Source of the DNA: a candidate division TA06 bacterium SM23_40
Lineage (GTDB): Bacteria; LJUI01; SM1-40
Reading direction: 5' to 3'
Length of the DNA: 36,318 bases
Assembly: GCA_001303705.1 (NCBI GenBank)
Contig: LJUI01000030.1
Location: 1-36,318, forward strand
The notes under the pieces are model-generated. The model saw only the letters and a program-made list of their open reading frames with translations. It was not told where the DNA came from and ran no database searches. A program made the translations under genes and the position numbers. This document shows positions 1 to 7,928 of this stretch, one piece after another; position 1 is the first letter of the stretch, and each line of letters begins with the position of its first letter.

Positions 1-1569
1 TTCGAAACAGGGCAACAATGGCTGCAAGCTGTCGCGACGGAGTATGGGGGGGAGGAGGTCGCGGCATGGGCACGTCGAGACCTTGCGCGGCGTGCTGCCT
101 CATCGGGGGATTGGCAGGCTGCGTCGAGGCACTACGAGGCAGTACTGGAGAATCCCGCGCCTGAGGAGCTTGCCGAAGAAGCCATGTTCGGCCGTGGCGA
201 GTGCTGGTTTCGACTGGGAGCGTACGACGCCTGTTCTGACGCATTAGAGCAGTTCCTCGAGCTCTATCCGCACAGCGCGCTCGTCGCCGAGGCCGCCTAC
301 TTCCGGGCAATGTCGCTCGCACAGCTCGGGCTGCACGAGGAGGCGCTCGGTCATCTCGCCGAGTTTGAACAGGCCTACCCCGACGATGAACGCCTTCCCG
401 ACGTCCTTCTGGCCAGAGGCGATATGTTGCTCGAGATCGGACGCGAGCGCGCCGCGGCCGATCTGTACATGCGACTCAGTGAAGGCTATCCCTCTACTGC
501 GGCCGGCTGGGAGGGAGGGGTAAGGGCGGCCGATGCGCTGTTCGCGGCAGGAGACTATGAGTCCGCGCTCTCTGCCTATCGTCGTGTTCGAGAAGCCGTG
601 CCGGCTGAACAGGGTCAGACGCTGCGGGCCGGGGAGATCGCATGCCTGTTCAGGCTCGGGCACGTCCAGCGGGCGCTCGCCGCCGCCGAAGCCTTCGCGA
701 GCGATTTCGGTTCACATGCTCCCGGGATGGTGAGGATTCAATATGAAAAGGGGCGAAACCACCTCGAGCGGGGAGAGATCGGCGAGGCGATCGAGGTACT
801 CCGGCTGGCCCTTGAACGGCCGGACAACTCACCGTATCTGGGCGAGGTGATGTACGCGCTCGGCATCGCGAGGATGCGATCCGCCGATCTGGAAGGGGCT
901 ATCTCCCTGTTCCGGCAGGTACGTGAGTTGGAGCCTGGAGGTCGTCTCAGCAGAGAGGCGGCATTCAAGATGGGTTCGTGCCTGTACGGACTGGAGGAGT
1001 ATGAACAGGCAGCCGTCGCGTACCGGGCCGCCGCCGACACGTCGCCTGGTGGAGCGATGTCGGATGCGTCTCTGGCCGAGAGCGCGCTGTACAATCTGGC
1101 CGTGACAGAGCGCAGACGCGGTGAGTTCGGGGGCGCGATCAAGACAGCAGAAGAGTTGCTCGAACGGTTCCCCGGCAGCGAACACAGGACCGCGGCGCTG
1201 TTGCTGGTCGGGGGAGTCTATCAGGAGCAGGAGGATTACATCTCAGCACTCGAGGCTTATCGGTCGATCACTCAGTTCTCCTCGGATCTGGAAGAGGCCG
1301 AGGTCCGTTTCTGGATTGCCGAGTGTCTGCTCTCCCTCGGGGAGCCCCTCGAGGCTGCATCCGAGTTTCTCTCCCTCGTCTATCACTTCCCGGATCAGGG
1401 GCTCTGGACAGTCACCGCCGAGTACAGGTCGGGCGTGGCATATGAGGATGCGGGGAAGGTAAGGGAGGCAGTGGAGATCTATCGGGGCCTGATAGCCGAC
1501 CGCCCCGAGGGGGATGAATGGGCTCAGGCGGCACGGGAGAGGCTGGAGGCGCTCGGAGGAGGCCAATAG
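1..1569 (+). CDS. Tetratricopeptide-repeat protein (BamD/CpoB-like TPR array), 5'-truncated
   Basis: Frame is open from base 1 to TAG at 1567-1569. Repeated TPR helices end in YP.S/FP.S turns (LELYPHS, ERFPGS, YHFPDQ), and the C-terminus is 'AQAARERLEAL'. Confidence 0.85.
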   Translation, partial: FETGQQWLQAVATEYGGEEVAAWARRDLARRAASSGDWQAASRHYEAVLENPAPEELAEEAMFGRGECWFRLGAYDACSDALEQFLELYPHSALVAEAAYFRAMSLAQLGLHEEALGHLAEFEQAYPDDERLPDVLLARGDMLLEIGRERAAADLYMRLSEGYPSTAAGWEGGVRAADALFAAGDYESALSAYRRVREAVPAEQGQTLRAGEIACLFRLGHVQRALAAAEAFASDFGSHAPGMVRIQYEKGRNHLERGEIGEAIEVLRLALERPDNSPYLGEVMYALGIARMRSADLEGAISLFRQVRELEPGGRLSREAAFKMGSCLYGLEEYEQAAVAYRAAADTSPGGAMSDASLAESALYNLAVTERRRGEFGGAIKTAEELLERFPGSEHRTAALLLVGGVYQEQEDYISALEAYRSITQFSSDLEEAEVRFWIAECLLSLGEPLEAASEFLSLVYHFPDQGLWTVTAEYRSGVAYEDAGKVREAVEIYRGLIADRPEGDEWAQAARERLEALGGGQ

Positions 1570-1753
1570 TTCATTCTTATCCTTACGTGATGCACGTAGG
1601 CTCCAATTTCTCGGGGAGTTACGCGTTTTGACAAGACGATGCCTCGGACCGGGATCCTGCGGGATTCGTCTGTGCGGAGGCGTCTGGCCGACGCGGCAGG
1701 AGCGGCGATGCCCGATCGGGAGGATGGACAACGAACCGGCCCCCAATCCGGGC

Positions 1754-1783
1754 TTGACCACGGGGACACGATCGCGTTATATT
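1754..1783 (+). promoter_or_regulatory. Putative sigma70 promoter of the Cys-rich cluster
   Basis: TTGACC(1754-1759)-N18-TATATT(1778-1783) in an AT-richer patch. The palindrome ATGT-A-ACAT follows at 1787-1795. Confidence 0.5.
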
Positions 1784-1873
1784 GAGATGTAACATGATCC
1801 TACCGCAAACACCTCGCCTGGCGAGCAGGCGGCGGGGATGAAGGGAGTCCGCCGAGGACAAGAGGCCCACACG

Positions 1874-2284
1874 ATGCGATTCCAGATCATCTGTCTACTC
1901 ACTGCACTTGCCATCACCGGTTCGGGTCTCGCTGCCTCACAGGTTCAGAGGTCTGGAGGCAGCCAGATCTGCGCCGGCCGCGAGGCTCCACGACAACCCG
2001 TGCGGGACGCGGGTTGCACGTGCGGCCCGGCCGCGTGCGGCCTGGCGTGCGGGCCGGCGGTATGTGTCGCTCTCGAGATGGAGTGTACCTGTGGCCCCTC
2101 ATCGGTGGAGAGCTCAGCGGCAACTAGCCCGATGCCGAGAATCAGCGGGGACGTGCCCCTGCCCCCGACAGAGCTTCGGGTGCGCCTCGTGTCGTGCTCC
2201 CTGACAGTCCTTGTCGATGTCCTGCCGCAATCATTCGATGGCGAACCCCCTGAGGAGCCTCCTCGTACGTTGTTGCGTCTTTAG
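1874..2284 (+). CDS. Secreted Cys-rich small protein with Pro-rich C-terminus (DUF2946-like leader candidate)
   Basis: ATG 1874 follows GAGG. Signal peptide MRFQIICLLTALAITGSGLA, core GCTCGPAACGLACGPAVC...ECTCGP, C-terminus GEPPEEPPRTLLRL. Confidence 0.6.
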   Translation: MRFQIICLLTALAITGSGLAASQVQRSGGSQICAGREAPRQPVRDAGCTCGPAACGLACGPAVCVALEMECTCGPSSVESSAATSPMPRISGDVPLPPTELRVRLVSCSLTVLVDVLPQSFDGEPPEEPPRTLLRL

Positions 2285-2481
2285 TGGAGCAGGTGTCTGG
2301 GCCGGAACCGGGATGGGCGCCGCCTGCGAGTGCGGTACCAGCGTCGAGCACTGTGTCGGCGTGGCTCCAGGGTAGAAGAGCGTCCTGGCCTGGCTGCCGT
2401 CGCCGGAGTTCCTGCCGGCTGCATCGGGGCCGGTACAGGGCAAGCCTCAATCAACACGAATGTGAGAAGAGGGAGGAACCC

Positions 2482-3321
2482 ATGAACAAGTATCTGTACA
2501 CTATCGTGCTTGTCATCGTGGTCGCATTAGCGGCGGGAGCATTCTGGGGGTGCCAGCGCGAGCAAGCAGAGCTGTGCGCCATGTGTTCCAAGGAGATTCC
2601 TGCCAGGACGGGCGCCAGGCTCGTCTCCACGGCCGACGAGACGTACTACACGTGCTGCGCCCACTGTGCACTGCTCCTGGCGTCCCGGGCGGGCGACGAG
2701 GGAACGTCCTTCAGACTCATGAAGACCAAGGGCTACGAGACAGGCGATGTCATCGATCTGCCAGAGGCCTTCTTCGTCTATGGATCGGACGTTGTTCCCT
2801 GTTGCGTCCCATCAGTGCTGGCATTTGCCAGTCGCGAGCGGGCAGAGGAGTTTGCCCGGCGCGAGGGCGGTGAGGCACTCGATTGGGGCGGGGCGCGCGC
2901 CACGCTCGCTCTCGAGGCCGGGGATCAGTGTGAGATGTGCTCTAAGAGCCTCGATATCGAGGCCGCCAAGCCGACTGCCCTCCTCCTCGCCAGCGGCGGA
3001 GATCGTGTCGCCTGCTGTCCCCACTGCGCGTTCATGCTGGAGAAGATGCTCGCGGATCGTACAGATGAGCGGGTAGAAGAGATGTGGACCACCGGTGAGG
3101 ATGGCAAGCTGTTCCGCGTCGGCGACGAGACGCGGTTCGTCGCCGACAGCGACGCACCGATCTGCTGCACCCCGATGGTGGTGCCGTGTGCCTCGGAGGA
3201 GGCCGCGAGTGCGTTTATCTCTGAGCACGGAGGCAGGATGCTCGATATGGATGAAACGCGAGCGCTGATGCATGAGCACGCCGGGGAGGGGCGCCACAGC
3301 GGACGCCCTAGTAGTGGATAG
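2482..3321 (+). CDS. Lipoprotein with two tandem NosL-like Cys-rich domains
   Basis: ATG 2482 follows GGGAGGA. Lipobox-like FWGC. Two repeats of CxxC...CCxHC...CC, each ending like NosL (AFASRERAEEFARREGG; ASEEAASAFISEHGG). Confidence 0.75.
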   Translation: MNKYLYTIVLVIVVALAAGAFWGCQREQAELCAMCSKEIPARTGARLVSTADETYYTCCAHCALLLASRAGDEGTSFRLMKTKGYETGDVIDLPEAFFVYGSDVVPCCVPSVLAFASRERAEEFARREGGEALDWGGARATLALEAGDQCEMCSKSLDIEAAKPTALLLASGGDRVACCPHCAFMLEKMLADRTDERVEEMWTTGEDGKLFRVGDETRFVADSDAPICCTPMVVPCASEEAASAFISEHGGRMLDMDETRALMHEHAGEGRHSGRPSSG

Positions 3322-3449
3322 AGGTGACGTCCGGATGCAGACGATTGTGACAAACGTGAGGCGCAGTCGAAGAGGGTGCAGTTGAGCGCGCCGCCAGAAC
3401 AGGTTGAACGCCGTGCAGGAAGAGAGGGAAGCCTCAGAAGGAGAATCAT

Positions 3450-3797
3450 GTGGAGAAGCGAGGACTGACAGCCGCCCTGATCATCGTCGTGCTCATCGCT
3501 GCGGTGATGGCGAGCTTTGCCGAGCGTCGAATAGAGGGGCGGCTCGAGGCAGAAAGGCTGGTGGCCCGGCGGGCGTTGCTCCAGTCGCTGGGTGTCTCAT
3601 CGCTCGCTGTCACATCTGAATGCACCCTGGTGCGCAGTCTCACCGAGGGTCTCAGCGGGTGCTTAGGGGACGTGCCGGGTGGGTACTGCACATATACGAG
3701 TTGCGATGTCGTGACGCTCCCTGATTTCGAGACAGATTTCGCATTCGAGCTACGCATCGTGAGGAAGACGAAAGATGGGGATGGCGAAACACCGTAA
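3450..3797 (+). CDS. Small membrane-anchored hypothetical protein with four Cys
   Basis: GTG 3450 follows AAGGAG. N-terminal TM helix, then SEC...GCLGDVPGGYCTYTSC. Overlaps the permease start. Confidence 0.7.
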   Translation: MEKRGLTAALIIVVLIAAVMASFAERRIEGRLEAERLVARRALLQSLGVSSLAVTSECTLVRSLTEGLSGCLGDVPGGYCTYTSCDVVTLPDFETDFAFELRIVRKTKDGDGETP

Positions 3798-4971
3798 TCT
3801 CTGGTCGGTTGCTGCATACAATCTCTGGCGGTACCGGCCGAGGACGATCGCCATCCTGCTGCCTCTGGTCGTCGTGATGGGGACTGCGGGGTCGGTGACG
3901 TTCGTGCGCGACGGCCTGAGCCGGGATGCGTCGCTAACAGTGGCGATGCTTCCCGACATCACGGTGCAACAGCTTGTCGGCGGCCGCGTCGAGAGGATGG
4001 CACTCTCCTACGGTGACTCGCTCCGAGCCGTCGAGCACGTCATCAGCGCCGTCCCCAGAGTCTGGGGGTACGTTCCCGTGAGCGTACCTGGAGGTGAGGC
4101 AGCGTACACCCTGATGGGCATCGACCTGGAGCGTATGCCGATCGCCGAGGAGATCGGACTGAGCGTGGAGAAAGGGAGGTTCCTCGTTGCGGGAGACGTC
4201 GATGAGGCAGTCGTGGGGAAGGCGTTTGCCTCGGTCTTCCGGCTCGAGGTCGGCGACAGGATCAACCTCGAGGATGCCCTGGGGAATGAGGCGGAACTCC
4301 AGATCGTCGGTGTCTTCGGCACCGCGGTCGAGATCTACGCGGCAGATCTCCTCGTCGTTTCGCTCGAGACGGCGCGCAAATTCTTCGGGTACCTGGAGAG
4401 CGAGGCGTCGGATTTCTGTGTGTACCTCGATGATCCGGTGTACGCCGACCTGGCGGCGCAGCGGATCCTTGAGATCGGTAACAATCTCCGCGTACTGACA
4501 CGGGATGCCCTCGGGGAACTCACACAGCAAGCCTATGGGGGCCGGGGCGGCGTGTTTCAGCTCATGTGGATGATCCTGCTGCTCACCGTCTGCCTCGTGG
4601 CCTGGGCCCAGAGCGCGAGCATCGGGCTTGCACTGAGGCGGGAGATTGGGATATTGAAGGCCATTGGATGGGGGACTCTTGACATCATCGAAGTTAAAAT
4701 GCTGGAGACCGTCATCATCGCGCTCCTCGGCACATTCGGCGGGATACTGCTCGGCCTGGGGTACCTGGGGCTCGGTGCGCCCGGGATCAAGCAGTACTTC
4801 CTTGGATGGGCGACGGTATATCCGGAGTTTGCCGTGCCGATCTACATGAGCGTCAAGAGCCTGTTTCTGCTGCTCGTTGTGGGAATCTTTCCGCTCCTTG
4901 TGGCAACGGTGGTACCGGCCTGGCTGGTGGGGATCATCGAGCCCGATGAGGCGATCCGCGGCGAGCAGTGA
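3775..4971 (+). CDS. ABC transporter permease, FtsX/MacB/LolE (type VII) family
   Basis: One N-terminal TM, a large periplasmic domain (GRFL...EAVVGKAFA...L.VGD), RREIGILKAIGW, three C-terminal TMs, and the ending 'IEPDEAIR'. Confidence 0.9.
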   Translation: MGMAKHRNLWSVAAYNLWRYRPRTIAILLPLVVVMGTAGSVTFVRDGLSRDASLTVAMLPDITVQQLVGGRVERMALSYGDSLRAVEHVISAVPRVWGYVPVSVPGGEAAYTLMGIDLERMPIAEEIGLSVEKGRFLVAGDVDEAVVGKAFASVFRLEVGDRINLEDALGNEAELQIVGVFGTAVEIYAADLLVVSLETARKFFGYLESEASDFCVYLDDPVYADLAAQRILEIGNNLRVLTRDALGELTQQAYGGRGGVFQLMWMILLLTVCLVAWAQSASIGLALRREIGILKAIGWGTLDIIEVKMLETVIIALLGTFGGILLGLGYLGLGAPGIKQYFLGWATVYPEFAVPIYMSVKSLFLLLVVGIFPLLVATVVPAWLVGIIEPDEAIRGEQ

Positions 4972-5079
4972 CCAGGTCGAATTAGACCTAGAACAAGGAC
5001 ACTGTTGTTGGCATGTGAGCAGTGGCGCCGTCTGGTTGGTGTTGCTGTGTGACCAGCACAACGAACGTGGATGTGACTC

Positions 5080-5790
5080 GTGACAGCTGCCATTCAGCTC
5101 GAGAACGTGAGCAAGATCTTCTACTCCGGAAGAGAGAGAGTCGAGGCCGTGAAGGAGCTCACCTGTGCGATCGAGGCTGGTGAGGTGGTGCTGTTCAGCG
5201 GCCCCTCGGGAAGCGGGAAGAGCACGCTCCTCAACATGGTGGGCTGCCTGACGAGGCCTACGGTTGGTCGGGTCTTTCTGCGGGGCCGCGAGGTGTCACG
5301 GCTGGCCGACCATTTCCGGAGCGATGTGCGCCGCAATGAAATGGGATTCATCTTTCAACAATTCAACCTGCTTCCCGGATACTCAGCTCTCGACAATGTT
5401 GCGATGCCGCTCGTGCCTCTCGGGCTCCGGGCGAGTGAGAGGCGGGAGCAGGCCGGCATTCTACTGGAGCGGCTTGGCATGTCGCACCGGGCCAGCTTCG
5501 CGGCGAACGAACTGAGCGGGGGCGAGCAGCAGCGGGTGGCGATCGCCCGGGCCCTCGTGGGCGATCCCTGGCTCATTCTCGCAGATGAGCCAAGCTCTAA
5601 CGTTGACATGAAGACGGCACATAGACTGCTCTCCATCTTCTCCGAATTCAAGAAGGAAGGGAAGACACTCGTCATTGCATCTCACGATCAGATGCTGCTA
5701 GAGAGCGATCTCATCGATCGGGAGCTTGTGCTTCCGGATGGAGAGTGGGTGCGGCGTGGACGGTCGCAGGCGCCACCCACGGCGGTGTAA
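5080..5790 (+). CDS. ABC transporter ATP-binding protein (LolD/MacB-like)
   Basis: Walker [11 protein letters not shown]-loop GFIFQQFNL, signature [15 protein letters not shown], Walker B ILADEP, H-switch ASHD. Confidence 0.93.
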   Translation: MTAAIQLENVSKIFYSGRERVEAVKELTCAIEAGEVVLFSGPSGSGKSTLLNMVGCLTRPTVGRVFLRGREVSRLADHFRSDVRRNEMGFIFQQFNLLPGYSALDNVAMPLVPLGLRASERREQAGILLERLGMSHRASFAANELSGGEQQRVAIARALVGDPWLILADEPSSNVDMKTAHRLLSIFSEFKKEGKTLVIASHDQMLLESDLIDRELVLPDGEWVRRGRSQAPPTAV

Positions 5791-5804
5791 CAGAGGGTAT
5801 CGTA

Positions 5805-6776
5805 ATGGTCATCAGCGGGCTGACCGTGACCTATCTTCTCATCTCAGTCCTCACGTTGGTGGTCGCCATACCGGCTGCAGTCGTCGCCTTCGTCGTGGCG
5901 CGCCACTGGAGGCCGGAGTCAGGATTGGAGCAGCAACACCAGCTCGAGCGGTGGGTCTATCTCGTCATCACGCTCGTGGCTCTCGGGCTCTCACTCCGCC
6001 TCGGGCTCGTGCCGCTCTGGTTCCTCACGCTCTGGAGTCTGATATCGTATGTGCCTGGAGCCATGTGCCTCGCGGGGATGCACATGTTGTATCCGCCGTG
6101 GTCGTTCGTGGCCTCTGCTCTCAAGTTCGTCGTGCCTCTCATGTACGGGTACTGGTTGGTACTCAATGCGCTCGACAGGAAAATAGAAAGTCAGCCGTTC
6201 ATGCGTCGGAAGCTCTTCCTGCAGGCGCCTATTGCTCTACTGGTCCTCGTGGAGAGTAGTCTCGATTTCCGCGTTCTGGCGGCCGTCGAGCCCCGGAGCG
6301 TCAGCTGCTGCACATCGCTATTCGATATGCCGACGACAGCTGTGACGAAGGCCATCTCGTCGAGCACCCCGGTATGGGCCTGGACGTTTGTCGTCCTGGC
6401 CCTGGCCGTTATAGCGTTAGCGCTCGTGGTCCGTCGGATGCCAGCCATACCCCTGAGGGCTGCACTCGTCGTTGCAGCTGCGGCCACGCTGCCGATCTAC
6501 ATACTGGCGCTCCACACGAAGCTCTCCCCTCTTCTTCTCCATGCACCATTCCACCATTGCGTGTTCTGCGTCATGCAGATGTCAGTCGACATACCCGTAG
6601 CCAGCGGCCTCATCATCTCCGGGTGCTGGCTATCCTTCGTGGCGGGAGTCCTTCCCTCCGGCGTCGAGCAGGATGTGTACAGGGGGCTCCTGGACAAGCT
6701 CCTGCGCCTGTCGGTCGGAACACTTGCTGTTGGTGGTATCATGCTGGCGGTTCGGGTTTTTGTGACGGTTCTGTGA
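5805..6776 (+). CDS. Polytopic membrane protein with Cys/His motifs
   Basis: ATG 5805. About 8 hydrophobic segments, with loop motifs VPGAMC, VSCCTS and HHCVFC. Confidence 0.8.
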   Translation: MVISGLTVTYLLISVLTLVVAIPAAVVAFVVARHWRPESGLEQQHQLERWVYLVITLVALGLSLRLGLVPLWFLTLWSLISYVPGAMCLAGMHMLYPPWSFVASALKFVVPLMYGYWLVLNALDRKIESQPFMRRKLFLQAPIALLVLVESSLDFRVLAAVEPRSVSCCTSLFDMPTTAVTKAISSSTPVWAWTFVVLALAVIALALVVRRMPAIPLRAALVVAAAATLPIYILALHTKLSPLLLHAPFHHCVFCVMQMSVDIPVASGLIISGCWLSFVAGVLPSGVEQDVYRGLLDKLLRLSVGTLAVGGIMLAVRVFVTVL

Positions 6777-6818
6777 CGGCCGAAGAATTGGAGAGGTCGA
6801 GGACATTGTGTGAATGCA

Positions 6819-6840
6819 TTGACATGAAGTTCATTCATGT
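6819..6840. promoter_or_regulatory. Inverted repeat ACATGAA-N5-TTCATGT overlapping a TTGACA box; putative operator
   Basis: Perfect 7-5-7 inverted repeat at 6822-6840, TTGACA at 6819-6824, AT-rich intergenic setting. No convincing -10 at normal spacing. Confidence 0.45.
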
Positions 6841-6908
6841 GATGAGAGAGCCATAAGATACTACCAGCAACGTTCACTGAACGAACAGAAGACGTTGGAG
6901 GTTTCATC

Positions 6909-7859
6909 GTGCGAATAAGAGGCTGGATGGATACGGTGCCGATGCTCGCAGTAGTGGTGGTGATCTTCGTTGGGATGTGGAGCGGCGGATGCGCGGAGCG
7001 CAGGAAGCCGGGTGATACTGCGCCAGTTCTGCTCCAGGAGATCGATCGTGTCGAACTCCTGTACTCCGAGGATGGCTTCCGCGAGGCGATGCTTGTGGAG
7101 GTGCTGGGAGTGGGGCTGAACACCCCCGAGGCCGAGACTTATCGCTTCGACGTGGGTATTGTCGATACACTTCCTCTCGGAGAGACCCTTCTCTTTCCCA
7201 CCGAGAACCCGCTGGCGGTCTATACGTTCTATGGCAGAGAGTACGCGCTCCCGTGGCTCCTCGAGGAGGCAGGGGAGACGAAGCGGCTCCGGTTCGAGCT
7301 ATCCGATGTGCCGGCCATCGACCTCGATCAGGCGGTGACGTGCACGGTAAGTGATCAGTGTGGTGGGGCGTGCAGTGTCTGTTTCCAGTACTCGACGACG
7401 TGGAGAGGGGAGCAAGGGGAATGGGGCGACCTCGCCTTCGTCACATCGAAGAGTTCGATCCCCATCGGACGGGCCACCAATGTCGATGTCCTCATCTCCG
7501 TCAAGACAGGGATTCTCCGTGACGCCGTCTGCAGCATCATCATTCCCGTCCGCGTGAGAGGAGCACGCATCGGGCTCCGCGACGCCCCACAGGAGATGAC
7601 GGTGCAGCGGCACGATCGGTGGCTTCAACTCACCGGAGAGGTGAAGGGTGGCGTAGACACTTACTCAGTATCGATTGCAGTTGAGCCCTCTCTTCCGGGC
7701 ACGGTTGCCGTGCGGGACTTCGTCGTGGTGCGCGGGAATCTACCGGGTCTCATCGCATCCCCGGCGGCTGTGGTTACGGATCGGGAGGTCACGCGGACGA
7801 CCGGTACCGAGATCTACCACCGCGGAGATCTCCATATCACGGCAATGCAGGCTGACTAG
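6909..7859 (+). CDS. Hypothetical lipoprotein with a Cys cluster
   Basis: GTG follows GGAGG. Hydrophobic stretch ends in the lipobox SGGC; internal CTVSDQCGGACSVC; beta-rich remainder. Confidence 0.7.
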   Translation: MRIRGWMDTVPMLAVVVVIFVGMWSGGCAERRKPGDTAPVLLQEIDRVELLYSEDGFREAMLVEVLGVGLNTPEAETYRFDVGIVDTLPLGETLLFPTENPLAVYTFYGREYALPWLLEEAGETKRLRFELSDVPAIDLDQAVTCTVSDQCGGACSVCFQYSTTWRGEQGEWGDLAFVTSKSSIPIGRATNVDVLISVKTGILRDAVCSIIIPVRVRGARIGLRDAPQEMTVQRHDRWLQLTGEVKGGVDTYSVSIAVEPSLPGTVAVRDFVVVRGNLPGLIASPAAVVTDREVTRTTGTEIYHRGDLHITAMQAD

Positions 7860-7865
7860 AGCAGG

Positions 7866-7894
7866 TTGACTTTTGATGTTGAACATGGTAGTGT
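7866..7894 (+). promoter_or_regulatory. Putative sigma70 promoter of uvrA
   Basis: TTGACT(7866-7871)-N17-TAGTGT(7889-7894), preceded by TG. Palindrome ATGTT-G-AACAT (7876-7886) in the spacer. Confidence 0.55.
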
Positions 7895-7928
7895 CGGCAC
7901 GGTGATCAAGTCTGCGAAGGAGAGGATC

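Noticed and set aside
1581-1600. Hairpin after the TPR gene as an intrinsic terminator
   Set aside because: A stem is present (TACGTG/CACGTA) but no U-tract follows.
2284-2481. N-terminal extension of the NosL-like ORF in the ORF track
   Set aside because: A strong RBS and the lipoprotein signal begin at ATG 2482, and the extension looks non-coding.
4877-5083. 68-aa Cys/His-containing ORF spanning the permease-ATPase gap
   Set aside because: It largely overlaps the permease in another frame and has no clear RBS or family motif.
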